Below the pieces are notes generated by a model. That model had not been told where the DNA came from and did not search any database. It worked only from the letters and a program-made list of their open reading frames with translations. DNA of 64,000 nt from an uncultured Erysipelotrichaceae bacterium (lineage in GTDB: Bacteria > Bacillota_I > Bacilli_A > Erysipelotrichales > Erysipelotrichaceae), in the NCBI GenBank assembly GCA_949289855.1, contig CASEPS010000003.1, forward strand, positions 6,587 through 70,586, in the 5' to 3' direction. Position 1 is the stretch's first letter. Every line of letters starts with the position of its first letter. This document shows, in pieces, positions 20,601 through 29,126 of this stretch. A program made the translations under genes and the position numbers.

Positions 20601-21954
20601 AACGATTGGTACTGTCGCAGAAAAGACTGCCTTTGGTTATGTCTCTGGCTATTGTGAAAAGATGAATATTGACAATATGAGGAGACCGATGAAGGAATAT
20701 CTTGCGTCGCATTGTCAGAATGTCAAGCGTACAACTGGTCAGCATCCGGGTGGTATTATCATCATTCCGGAAGACCATGAGGCAGAAGACTTTACACCAG
20801 TCCAGTTTCCGGCAAACGATCCACAGTCACCGTGGATGACAACCCATTACGACTTCCATGATATTCATGATAATGTCCTGAAGTTTGATATTCTCGGTCA
20901 TGTTGACCCGACCGCGATGCGGTTGTTGCAGAATGTGGCAGAGAAGAAACCGATGGATATACCGATGAATGACCCGGAAACATTGTCCTTATTCTCAAGT
21001 GATGAAGCACTACGGGCAGATCCTCGGATTTATAAGAAAGAAACCGGTGCACTTGGTCTGCCGGAGTTTGGTACCCGTACGACAAGAAAGGTATTGGAAG
21101 AAACAAGACCGAAGAAATTCAGTGACCTGGTTATTATTTCTGGTCTTTCCCATGGTACAGACGTATGGGCAGGTAATGCCCAGGAACTTGTCAGACAGGG
21201 ACATCCTCTGTCAGAAGTTATCGGATGTCGTGATGATATCATGACATATCTCATGGAAAAGAAACTCGAGCCATTGGATGCGTTTAAGACCATGGAAGAT
21301 GTCCGAAAGGGTAGAGGCCTGCGTCCAGACCAGGAAGAAAACATGAAGAAACACAATGTACCTGACTGGTATATTGAGTCCTGTAAGAAGATCAAGTACA
21401 TGTTCCCGAAGGCCCATGCGGTTGCCTATGTTATGATGGCCGTGCGCATTGCCTGGTATAAGGTACATGAACCGCACAGCTTCTATGTGCAGTTTCTTTC
21501 ATTACGGTGTGATGCCTATGAAATTGAAACGATGACCAAGGGCTTTGAAGCAATACAGGAAAGAATGAAGGATATTGCGGAAAGACAAAATGACCGCAAT
21601 GCCCTGAATCCTGTGACCAATAAGGAAAAGGCATTGTATACAACATTGGAAGTCTGTGAAGAGATGTATGCCCGTGGTTACAGCATTGCCAATGTGGATA
21701 TCAATACATCTGAGGCAACCCATTTCTCTGTTTCCAAAGAGGACAAGCATGTCATCATTCCGCCATTTACGGCAATTGATGGTCTTGGTGCCAACGTTGC
21801 CAAAAGTATTGTGGAAGCCCGTAATGCCCATCCATTCCTTTCGAAGGAAGATATTCTCAAGCGCACCCAGCTGTCTGGTACAATGCTGAAAAAACTGGAA
21901 ACACTTGGGGCAATTGGCGAAATGTCAGAAAGCAACCAGATGTCATTATTCTGA
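17608..21954 (+). CDS. polC: DNA polymerase III PolC-type alpha subunit
   Basis: 1448 aa; PHP HMHTNMSEMDA, exonuclease FDLETTG...HRADYD, SRGSVGSS, Zn finger CPDC/CPHC, PDIDLNF, YMFPKAHAVAY. Confidence 0.98.
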   Translation: MSELLKDIDHGKLVNEDPVLCEAGIEALRFYRAENRLDIELHVPELLSRNSYEYLSDRISDLTGSSVNILIHADRADCSLAMLSAYLDYFFARHGTMLAGKVFTYDSEKRKIDFLCISQNEADISSSYLPEMQEFLNTVGIGEMHLSCSLQKQVQQDIPDVMLNIIPEAPAPAEAKPKKKYYRLKEEDYEVIALKDVQSPMNDIQFDADIFSLEEIETKSGKLIQTMKVYDGTDAILVKRFEGRSLDRETMHEISNGDRVRIYGRIEMDNFARDLCVMASGITKLEKPAMPKDNAENKRIEWHMHTNMSEMDAVCDVKTVIQYAYDIGHEGIVITDHADVQSFKKAYDQCLSVRKKDPDRSFKVGFGCEMNMANDRLTIVRNATDEKIDDCEYVSFDLETTGLSCYFDSIIEFGAVKIKNSTVVDRLQMFIKPPHPIPAFITNKTNITNAMVADAKSFAECCDEIVNWIGDAVLVAHNATFDYYFFNEELRKIGKPPLTNTVIDTLDMARAILKDKRAYRLGNISRYYRVEYNEEVAHRADYDAEALAGVFMCMLTDAREKFNCVTIRDLDEKTQDFDAYKKVRKSHICVVAKNHDGIKDLYKLVTESNIRTLAVLGKSAKDGAGDVAAEPRILRSTLASHRKNLLFGTACYNSDVFELACNGDDARLEEAMSFYDYVELQPLSNFSVFLALGNVPSVDRLKEVMKRIIRMAKKLNKPVIADSDAHYCRKEEKIFRDVYIMAQGVGGVAHPLYIRDDALRFKTKNPEQHIRFTDEMKQEFAWLEDPELIDEIVIKNPHKLFDELEDYRPVPDGTFPPTIEGSDDKLRKICHDTAMRMYGFEGKVPEIVTERLDGELDNIIRNGFGVHYYIAHLLVKKSNEDGYVVGSRGSVGSSFTATMAGITEVNPLEPHYLCPDCHYSEWIDDPEIKSGFDLPDKVCPHCGAIMKGNGHNIPFQTFLGFNADKVPDIDLNFSNEYQWRAHAFIREIFGEKHAFRAGTIGTVAEKTAFGYVSGYCEKMNIDNMRRPMKEYLASHCQNVKRTTGQHPGGIIIIPEDHEAEDFTPVQFPANDPQSPWMTTHYDFHDIHDNVLKFDILGHVDPTAMRLLQNVAEKKPMDIPMNDPETLSLFSSDEALRADPRIYKKETGALGLPEFGTRTTRKVLEETRPKKFSDLVIISGLSHGTDVWAGNAQELVRQGHPLSEVIGCRDDIMTYLMEKKLEPLDAFKTMEDVRKGRGLRPDQEENMKKHNVPDWYIESCKKIKYMFPKAHAVAYVMMAVRIAWYKVHEPHSFYVQFLSLRCDAYEIETMTKGFEAIQERMKDIAERQNDRNALNPVTNKEKALYTTLEVCEEMYARGYSIANVDINTSEATHFSVSKEDKHVIIPPFTAIDGLGANVAKSIVEARNAHPFLSKEDILKRTQLSGTMLKKLETLGAIGEMSESNQMSLF

Positions 21955-21983
21955 TTGACAATCAATTTGGTAAAGTCCATAAT
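21955..21983 (+). promoter_or_regulatory. Sigma-A promoter for the thrS leader
   Basis: TTGACA (21955-21960), 17-nt spacer, CATAAT (21978-21983). Confidence 0.8.
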
Positions 21984-21989
21984 ATGCAT

Positions 21990-22209
21990 GAAATGCAACG
22001 ACCAGGACATGGTTTTGGAACGGACAATATAGAGAGTTCTGCGGCTGGTGTAAGCAGAATGCGTCATTTCAGAATTACTCCCTGCAAGCAGCACCCGAAA
22101 GGGAAGGCCGTAAGCCGCGTTAAGGCACAATGAGCGTCCATGCAATGCATGGGAATTAAGGTGGTACCGCGCAATACAACAGCGTCCTTATGTTGAGGAT
22201 GCTGTTTTT
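21990..22209 (+). ncRNA. T-box riboswitch (Thr)
   Basis: AGAGAG and GCTGGTG stem I motifs; probable specifier ACT (22077-22079); T-box AAGGTGGTACCGCG (22158-22171); terminator ACAGCGTCCT...AGGATGCTGT-TTTT. Confidence 0.92.
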
Positions 22210-22226
22210 ATGTTAAGGAGGAGACA

Positions 22227-23978
22227 ATGATCAATTTCAAAAATGATGAAAAGCTTGCTATGCTGAATCATTCCTGCGCCCATGTCATGGCACAGGCTAT
22301 CAAACATCTGTACCCACAGGCAAAATTCTGGGTAGGACCGGTTGTAGAAGAAGGTTTCTACTATGATGTGGACCTTGGCGATGATGTCATCCGTGATGAT
22401 GACCTGGCTAAGATTGAAAAGGAAATGAAGAAGTGCTGCAAGGCGGACAAGCGCATTGTAAGACATGAAATTTCCAAAGAAGAAGCACTGGAACAGTTCA
22501 AGGATGATCCATATAAGATTGACCTCATTGAACGTATGGAAGATGGCACAAACATCTCCATGTATACCCAGGGTGACTACACAGACCTTTGCCGTGGTCC
22601 TCATGTTGAAAGCACAAAGCAGTGCCGTTACTTCAAGCTGACAAAGCATTCTGGTGCCTATTGGAAGGGTGACAAGAACAACAAGGTTCTGCAGAGAATC
22701 TATGGTGTATGCTTGCCTACTGAAGAAGAACTCAATGCCCATCTTGCAGATCTTGAAGACGCAAGGGCCAGAGACCACAGAAAACTCGGTAAGGAACTGG
22801 AAATGTTCATGTTCTCCGAGACGGTTGGTGGTGGTCTTCCGATGTGGCTGCCAAATGGTTTTACCACAAGACGTATTCTTTCCGACTACATCATGAACAA
22901 GGAAATCAGCGAAGGTTATGTCCATGTCAAGACACCTTCTGTTGCGTCCACTAAGCTCTATAAGGTTTCTGGACACCTTGCCCACTATAAAGAAGACATG
23001 TTCCCGATCATGGAAAGAGATGGCGATGAATATGTGCTTCGTCCGATGAACTGCCCGGAACACATGGTCATGTATAAGGCAAAGCTGCATTCTTACAGAG
23101 ACCTGCCAGTGCGCATTGCAGAAATTGCGGATGACTTCCGCTTTGAGGCAAGTGGTGCACTGACTGGTATTGAAAGAACACGTGGCTTTACCCAGAATGA
23201 TGCTCATCTGTTCTGCAGACCAGACCAGATTGCCTCTGAAATCAAGGCCATCACAAAGATGATTCTCGATGTTTACAATGACTTTGGTTTCAAGGAATAT
23301 TCCTTCCGTCTTTCCTTAAGAGACAAAAACAATACCGACAAGTATTTCGGTAATGATGAACTCTGGGAAAGAAGTGAAGCAGAACTCAGAGAAGTACTGA
23401 AGGAAATGGGTGTCAACTACTATGAAGCAGAAGGTGAAGCTGCTTTCTATGGTCCAAAGATTGACGTACAGGTCAATAGTGCTATTGGTCATGAAGTAAC
23501 CCTTTCTACCATCCAGCTTGACTACCAGCTGCCAGAACGTTTTGAACTGGAATATGTTGACAAAGATGGTTCCAAGCAAAGACCAGTTGTCATTCATAGA
23601 GCCATCCTTGGTTCCCTTGACCGCTTTGTGGCCTTCCTGCTGGAAGAAACAAAGGGTATTCTCCCACTCTGGCTTGCGCCTCGTCAGGCCGTAGTCATTC
23701 CGGTCAACAGTGAAGTCCATGGTGACTATGCCGCTGAAGTAACACAGCTTCTCAAGAAGAAGGGTATTCGTGCAGAGCTTGATGACCGCAATGAAAAGCT
23801 TGGTTACCGCATCCGTGAGGCTCAGATGCACAAGATTCCACTCGAACTGGTTGTCGGTGATGGTGAAATTGCTGAATGTGCAGTCACCGAAAGAAGATTT
23901 GGTTCTAAGGAAGCAGTGAAGAAGTCTCTGGATGATTTCATCACGGATATCCTTGCTGAAATTGAAAATAAGAAATAA
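22227..23978 (+). CDS. thrS: Threonine--tRNA ligase (short form lacking the N-terminal TGS domain)
   Basis: HSCAH and DLCRGPH editing motifs; RDHRKLG, LRPMNCP, FYGPKID and HRAILGS motifs. Confidence 0.98.
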   Translation: MINFKNDEKLAMLNHSCAHVMAQAIKHLYPQAKFWVGPVVEEGFYYDVDLGDDVIRDDDLAKIEKEMKKCCKADKRIVRHEISKEEALEQFKDDPYKIDLIERMEDGTNISMYTQGDYTDLCRGPHVESTKQCRYFKLTKHSGAYWKGDKNNKVLQRIYGVCLPTEEELNAHLADLEDARARDHRKLGKELEMFMFSETVGGGLPMWLPNGFTTRRILSDYIMNKEISEGYVHVKTPSVASTKLYKVSGHLAHYKEDMFPIMERDGDEYVLRPMNCPEHMVMYKAKLHSYRDLPVRIAEIADDFRFEASGALTGIERTRGFTQNDAHLFCRPDQIASEIKAITKMILDVYNDFGFKEYSFRLSLRDKNNTDKYFGNDELWERSEAELREVLKEMGVNYYEAEGEAAFYGPKIDVQVNSAIGHEVTLSTIQLDYQLPERFELEYVDKDGSKQRPVVIHRAILGSLDRFVAFLLEETKGILPLWLAPRQAVVIPVNSEVHGDYAAEVTQLLKKKGIRAELDDRNEKLGYRIREAQMHKIPLELVVGDGEIAECAVTERRFGSKEAVKKSLDDFITDILAEIENKK

Positions 23979-24052
23979 GTGTAATGACCTGACCGCAAAG
24001 CAGTGCTGAACGGAAAGCGACCATACAACAGTTCACATACAATACTGTTTTC

Positions 24053-24085
24053 ATGGTTCCTGTTCAGGCAGGAACCATTTCTTTT
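24053..24085 (+). terminator. Intrinsic terminator abutting the RBS of the next gene
   Basis: ATGGTTCCTG-ttcagg-CAGGAACCAT-TTCTTTT, followed immediately by GGAGG and ATG 24095. Confidence 0.8.
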
Positions 24086-24094
24086 GGAGGACAT

Positions 24095-24367
24095 ATGGAA
24101 GGAAACAGAATGGCACTCATCGCTATCATCGTAGAAAATCCTGATAGCACAAATGAAATGAATGCTGTATTGCATGAATATGCATCGTTTATCATCGGCA
24201 GAATGGGTATTCCGTACAGGGAAAGAAACATTGCCATGGTTTCCATAGCAATGGATGCACCGATTAATACGATCAATGCATTGACAGGAAAACTTGGTCG
24301 TATTTCCGGTATCACAGCGAAAGCGGTCTGTTCCAATGCAATACAGAAAGAAGGTAAATCGAAATGA
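24095..24367 (+). CDS. TM1266 family ACT-like small protein (annotated as iron-only hydrogenase system regulator)
   Basis: RMALIAIIVE...NAVLHEYASFIIGRMGIPYRERNIAMVSIAMDA...INALTGKLGRISGITAK; ATG 24095 after GGAGG. Confidence 0.8.
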   Translation: MEGNRMALIAIIVENPDSTNEMNAVLHEYASFIIGRMGIPYRERNIAMVSIAMDAPINTINALTGKLGRISGITAKAVCSNAIQKEGKSK

Positions 24368-25317
24368 AAAAACAAATTGCAACATTACTTGTTGGCATTA
24401 TGCTTGCTGGCTGTGGTTCTGCCACACCACAAACAACTGCCACTCCATCTGCTGAAGCAACAGCAGAAACAGCAGTCACCGTTGAAGGACTCAACATCCT
24501 TGCCCCGACTGGTGCACCTGGTTATGCGTTGATGCCAGTTGTCAAAGCTGGTAACAATGAAGTGACCATGGTAGATGGTTCTGATCCTTTACAGGCAGCG
24601 TTTGTCAATCCAAATCCGGAATATGATGTGATCATTGCTCCGACAAATCTTGGCGCAAAGCTTTCTTCTGCTGGCAAGACAACGTATAAGCTTGCTGGTA
24701 TTATCACAACAGGTAACCTCTATATTGTGGCAGAAGATGAAGCAGTGCTGGAAGGTGATGGTAACCTTGCCCTGTTTGGAGAAGGGGCAGTTCCAGGACT
24801 TGTCTATAACAGCCTTTATCCTGAAACTTCGATGAATGCGACATGGTATCCATCTGTTTCTGAAGCGCAGGCAGCACTGCTTTCTGGTAATGCGGATGCT
24901 GCATTGCTTGCAGATCCGGCAGCGACTGCTGCCATTGCCAAAGGCAGTGAGTCTGGACTTAGCCTCAAGAAGGTAGCAGATCTGCAGGCTGAATGGGGGG
25001 AGAATGGTTACCCGCAGGCAGGACTTTTCATAGAAGAAAGTACAATAGAAGAAAACAAGGCAATGTACAAGAGCCTCATGGATGAAATCATTGCTTACGC
25101 AGATGGTGTGAAGGATGGTTCAAACGATATTGCCAAAGACCTGGAAGAAGTGGGCAGTGAACAGTTTGGTGCAACTCCTGCCGCAATGGTTTCCAAGGCA
25201 TATGCAGGTATGGGCATCAATCCATATTATGCAGAAGAAGATACTGATAACCTTTCACAGTTCCTTGAACTGTTTGGAGTGACACTTGGTGAAGATACCG
25301 TTGTTTCCTTACAATAA
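24364..25317 (+). CDS. ABC transporter substrate-binding lipoprotein (SsuA/NMT1-like)
   Basis: Lipobox MLAGC; LAPTGAP, DVIIAPTNLGAKL, ADAALLADP and YPQAGLF motifs. Confidence 0.8.
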   Translation: MKKQIATLLVGIMLAGCGSATPQTTATPSAEATAETAVTVEGLNILAPTGAPGYALMPVVKAGNNEVTMVDGSDPLQAAFVNPNPEYDVIIAPTNLGAKLSSAGKTTYKLAGIITTGNLYIVAEDEAVLEGDGNLALFGEGAVPGLVYNSLYPETSMNATWYPSVSEAQAALLSGNADAALLADPAATAAIAKGSESGLSLKKVADLQAEWGENGYPQAGLFIEESTIEENKAMYKSLMDEIIAYADGVKDGSNDIAKDLEEVGSEQFGATPAAMVSKAYAGMGINPYYAEEDTDNLSQFLELFGVTLGEDTVVSLQ

Positions 25318-26065
25318 GAAGCGGATTGGAAAAAGGATATTGTGCATAGTTGCAATATTGCTTGTATGGCAGATCATTGCTATACAGGTCAATAACAATA
25401 TCCTGATTCCTTCACCCATCGAAACCATTTCTGCTTTATTTTCGCTTCTCATCAAACCAGCCACATGGTCTTCCATTGGTATTACACTTGTACGTGTAAT
25501 CAGAGGATTATGTATTTCTCTCTTCCTTTCGCTTGTATTACTGTTTCTCTATGAAGCAAACCAGCGCACTGAAAAAATATTTACGCCAATAGTCACACTG
25601 ATTTCTTCCATTCCCAACATCAGTTATATGATTCTTGCGATCATATGGTTAGGCAGTGAAGGCAGTGTTTCTGTAGTGACGATGATGGTTCTGTTTCCGG
25701 TTACATTCCAGGGGCTCTTTTCAGCCATACTGGATGAAGATAAGAGTCTGAAAGATGTACAGGTTCTCTATAAGGAAAGTTTCATCTTCAGAGTGAGATT
25801 TCATCTGTTACCAATGTTATCCTTTACCATATTAAGAACGATGAAGACAGCTTTGCAATTAGGTTTCAAGGTAGGCATCATGGCAGAGATCGTTGCTTCA
25901 GTAAGAGCAGGGATTGGCAGAAGTATGCACTTTGCCAACCTCAACCTCAATACAGCAGAAGTACTAGCCTGGACACTGATCATCATACTGCTTTCTATGT
26001 GCATAACAGCTTTATTGGATACATTGTTAAAGCTGAGAATGCAGCACGAGGAAAAAGCAGGCTGA
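25286..26065 (+). CDS. ABC transporter permease (SsuC/TauC-like)
   Basis: LLVWQ, IPSPIET, TLVRV, SSIPNISY, KVGIMAEIV and GIGRSM motifs; start uncertain. Confidence 0.82.
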   Translation: MVKIPLFPYNKKRIGKRILCIVAILLVWQIIAIQVNNNILIPSPIETISALFSLLIKPATWSSIGITLVRVIRGLCISLFLSLVLLFLYEANQRTEKIFTPIVTLISSIPNISYMILAIIWLGSEGSVSVVTMMVLFPVTFQGLFSAILDEDKSLKDVQVLYKESFIFRVRFHLLPMLSFTILRTMKTALQLGFKVGIMAEIVASVRAGIGRSMHFANLNLNTAEVLAWTLIIILLSMCITALLDTLLKLRMQHEEKAG

Positions 26066-26087
26066 CACAACCAACCAATTACACAGG

Positions 26088-26122
26088 ATCCAAAGCCAGA
26101 AGATGGTTTTGGATTCTTTTTG
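26088..26122 (+). terminator. Intrinsic terminator closing the uptake operon
   Basis: ATCCAAAGCCA-gaaga-TGGTTTTGGAT plus TCTTTTTG. Confidence 0.75.
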
Positions 26123-26178
26123 TTATTGTGGTTTTATTCATATACTGTAAAGCAATAGTAAAATATATGCAAAAAAAC

Positions 26179-26192
26179 ATATATATATATAT
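26179..26192. repeat. (AT)7 dinucleotide tract
   Basis: ATATATATATATAT at 26179-26192, running into the -35 hexamer. Confidence 0.9.
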
Positions 26193-26220
26193 TGACGGTT
26201 GTTATAGATGACGATATATT
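26192..26220 (+). promoter_or_regulatory. Sigma-A promoter of the low-GC cassette
   Basis: TTGACG (26192-26197), 17-nt spacer, TATATT (26215-26220); preceded by A7 and (AT)7. Confidence 0.7.
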
Positions 26221-26264
26221 GAGCATAGAGATTAACGATTGTCTATCAAAATTGGGAGAACAGT

Positions 26265-27167
26265 ATGATCAGGAAATATACAAAGATTATTTCTGCGTTT
26301 GTAAGGGATTTCTATAAAGCAAATACATTTTTTGTATGGATTTCTGTAATATGTCTATTTATTCTGGTTTTATGGTCTTTTTTTACAATGGATCTCTACT
26401 GGATGATTGGTACTTTTTTTACGAATGAACAATATAGAAGTCAGGCAGGGTATGGAAACTCTGTTTTCTGGCCATTAGGCATATTTCCAATGATATGGGA
26501 TTGGTTAATAAATTCTTATATTAATTTCGAGTCTACCATCATCTTTGGTACTAACCTTGCGCAGATCTTTGTGCCTGTACTTGCGTCTGTTGCAGGTATC
26601 TATTTCTATCGTCGTTTCCATTCTGTGTTCGATATGGTCTTTTACAGGGTGAAGAAGTATGATTACTATCTCATCAAAGAAATAGCTGTTTATGCAGGAA
26701 AGATGGCACTGGCTTTCTTTGTGGCATATCTGCTGTTTTATGCATTTGTATACAATATTTCCAACGGTTCACTGATGGATAATGCGGGAAGAGAATTATT
26801 GCTCGATATATTGGGAGATAGTTTCTATAATAATCACACCTATCTCTATTATATTCTTGATGGTATGATTCGGTTTTTATTCATGCCATTTGTCTATGCG
26901 TTTCTTTCCTGTACACTTGCGGTGGCATGCAAAAGTGAAAAACAGGTTTTCCTGCTATCCAACATTTACTATTATGGAATGACAATCGTAGGCTTTGCGA
27001 CATATATGTCTTTGGGAGAATTCTCTTTATATATAAATCCATCGGTCATTATGGCATCTGGTTCATACTATGATATCAATACCTGGCTTCTCTTATTGAA
27101 TAATTCTGTGCCAGTGTTGATTTCTTTTGTATTGCTTTATGTGAGAAGAAAAGCGGTGGATATATGA
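26265..27167 (+). CDS. Multi-pass membrane protein (putative ABC-2-type permease), low-GC cassette
   Basis: 300 aa, about 6 hydrophobic helices, Tyr/Phe-rich; GGGAG RBS. Confidence 0.7.
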   Translation: MIRKYTKIISAFVRDFYKANTFFVWISVICLFILVLWSFFTMDLYWMIGTFFTNEQYRSQAGYGNSVFWPLGIFPMIWDWLINSYINFESTIIFGTNLAQIFVPVLASVAGIYFYRRFHSVFDMVFYRVKKYDYYLIKEIAVYAGKMALAFFVAYLLFYAFVYNISNGSLMDNAGRELLLDILGDSFYNNHTYLYYILDGMIRFLFMPFVYAFLSCTLAVACKSEKQVFLLSNIYYYGMTIVGFATYMSLGEFSLYINPSVIMASGSYYDINTWLLLLNNSVPVLISFVLLYVRRKAVDI

Positions 27168-27781
27168 AGAGGGTCATTCAACAGCTATATTGGAAGATTT
27201 TGCTATATGCTGTATTGGCGCTTGTATTCTTATTTTGCATACCTGAAGAACAGGCAGTAATGGAACTTGCCTATACAGATATGTATCTGTTTACGATCCT
27301 GTTTCTTATTTATGGAAGTGTTATGCTTTCTTTGCCATTTGAGATGATAGAAGCATATCGATTTAATAAATTGTCTCGGTATTTTCTGTATAAGTTCAGA
27401 CAGTTTACTATGTACAACATTGTACTTATTGTCAGTGTTGCTTTGATCCACTCTCTTGTTGTGATGCTGCAGGGAAATGTGATTGGTTATGTCTGGTGGT
27501 TTACGTTGCAGCAGTTTCTGGTTTTTTCCATTCTGTATATAACAGTGCTTTCCTTTTCCCTGTTACCACATCATAAGGTATTTACATATGTGACATTGTT
27601 TCTTTATTATGGCATGTTTCTTCTCTATATCATGAGTGGTCCTGAAACAACTATTCTGCTGAATATCTTCACGGGATGGTTTATGGCGGGTGACTTTCTG
27701 TCCATCGCCTTGCAATACCTTGTGTGGCTTGCCATACCGTTATTGATCATCTATAACCGAAAGGATGGATATATATGTTAA
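27164..27781 (+). CDS. Multi-pass membrane protein, low-GC cassette
   Basis: 205 aa, strongly hydrophobic; ATGA overlap with the previous gene. Confidence 0.7.
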   Translation: MKRVIQQLYWKILLYAVLALVFLFCIPEEQAVMELAYTDMYLFTILFLIYGSVMLSLPFEMIEAYRFNKLSRYFLYKFRQFTMYNIVLIVSVALIHSLVVMLQGNVIGYVWWFTLQQFLVFSILYITVLSFSLLPHHKVFTYVTLFLYYGMFLLYIMSGPETTILLNIFTGWFMAGDFLSIALQYLVWLAIPLLIIYNRKDGYIC

Positions 27782-28461
27782 GCAGGGGAATGCGGTATGG
27801 TGCTGTTGTGATGGCAACGGTCATTATACTTATCGCAGATGTATGGTTTGTCCAGGCACCAGATACTTTGAAGGCATATACTGACCTGTTCTTCTTGAAT
27901 ACAGGTACATTTCCCGGTTATATGCTCGATACGTTTAACATTCAATACATGGTCGCCTTTATACTGTATCTGAATTTGTTGGAATACTGTGTTCTTTCTG
28001 AAATAAACGAGTCACCATCCTTTATTTCACTTATGCAATATCGATGTGGCAATCACAAGACATTTCAGATGTTGATGAAAATGCAGGTGAAAGAACTTGT
28101 CCTGTTTACTTGTCTTTCGATATTCACAATCGTTAGTGTCTGTTGTCTGAAAGGGGGAGTGGATGTCCTCAATATGCAAGATCTGCTCTTATTAGTATTG
28201 TATGCAATACGATTTATGCTGGTGATAGTTATATTTCTGATTTTCTATAACAGCACATCCATTTCCGGCAGCAGTACAAAAGGATTATTAACAGTATCTG
28301 TTGGGTTGATTGCTTTACTGATACTGGATGTCATCAGTGGTCTGCACTGCCTTACGTTTGCGGGCGTTTTGTTTACTGAATTATCATTGCTTTGTGTGAC
28401 ATGTGCCATTTGTATTATTATGTATCGCTATTCACTTTGGCGTGTAAGAAGGGAGAAATAA
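27775..28461 (+). CDS. Multi-pass membrane protein, low-GC cassette
   Basis: 228 aa, hydrophobic; overlaps the previous gene. Confidence 0.7.
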   Translation: MLSRGMRYGAVVMATVIILIADVWFVQAPDTLKAYTDLFFLNTGTFPGYMLDTFNIQYMVAFILYLNLLEYCVLSEINESPSFISLMQYRCGNHKTFQMLMKMQVKELVLFTCLSIFTIVSVCCLKGGVDVLNMQDLLLLVLYAIRFMLVIVIFLIFYNSTSISGSSTKGLLTVSVGLIALLILDVISGLHCLTFAGVLFTELSLLCVTCAICIIMYRYSLWRVRREK

Positions 28462-28462
28462 T

Positions 28463-29098
28463 ATGATTCAGCTTGAAGATGTTTCCAAGAAGTTTAAAAA
28501 TGTGGAGCTGTTTTCACATGTGAATGTGACATTTGAACAGGGAAAGAAGATACAGATCAAAGGTGTTAATGGATCTGGTAAAAGTGTTTTACTGAAGATG
28601 ATTGTTGGCTACAGTGGATGTGATGAAGGAAGCGTCATAGTGGATGGAAAGGTAATCCGGAAAGATGTTGACTTTATTCCTGATGCTGGTGTGATGATCA
28701 ATGCGCCAGAATTCATTGGAAATATGAGCGGTCTGGATAATCTACTCTATCTTGCGGATATCCGCAAAAGGGTAACGAAAGAAGAAGTAATGCAATATGT
28801 CGAACAATTTGGTTTAACTGCTGATATAGAGAAGAAATACCGGACATATTCACTTGGCATGAAGCAGAAAATGCGTATTATTCAGGCAGTGATGGAAAAA
28901 CCATCATATCTCATCCTGGATGAACCATTTGATGCTTTGGACAACAAAGGAAGAGCAATGGTTATTAATATCCTGAATGACTATATGAAAAGTGGTGAAA
29001 GAACATTATTATTTACGAGTCATATGTCGGAAACCGATGGACTTGCGGATATTGTCTATGAGATAGAAGACAAGAATCTCATTTTACGAAAAGGGTAA
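28463..29098 (+). CDS. ABC transporter ATP-binding protein (CcmA/multidrug-like)
   Basis: Walker A GVNGSGKS, signature YSLGMKQK, Walker B LILDEPFDALD, H-loop FTSH. Confidence 0.92.
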   Translation: MIQLEDVSKKFKNVELFSHVNVTFEQGKKIQIKGVNGSGKSVLLKMIVGYSGCDEGSVIVDGKVIRKDVDFIPDAGVMINAPEFIGNMSGLDNLLYLADIRKRVTKEEVMQYVEQFGLTADIEKKYRTYSLGMKQKMRIIQAVMEKPSYLILDEPFDALDNKGRAMVINILNDYMKSGERTLLFTSHMSETDGLADIVYEIEDKNLILRKG

Positions 29099-29126
29099 TG
29101 AAAAGACGGGGTTGTTCCCGCCTTGC

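Noticed and set aside
23979-24052. TPP or c-di-GMP-I riboswitch (contains ACCTGA, GCTGA and GCAAAG words)
   Set aside because: The motif order is reversed relative to TPP, and the GGCAAACC/GAAA receptor architecture of c-di-GMP-I is missing.
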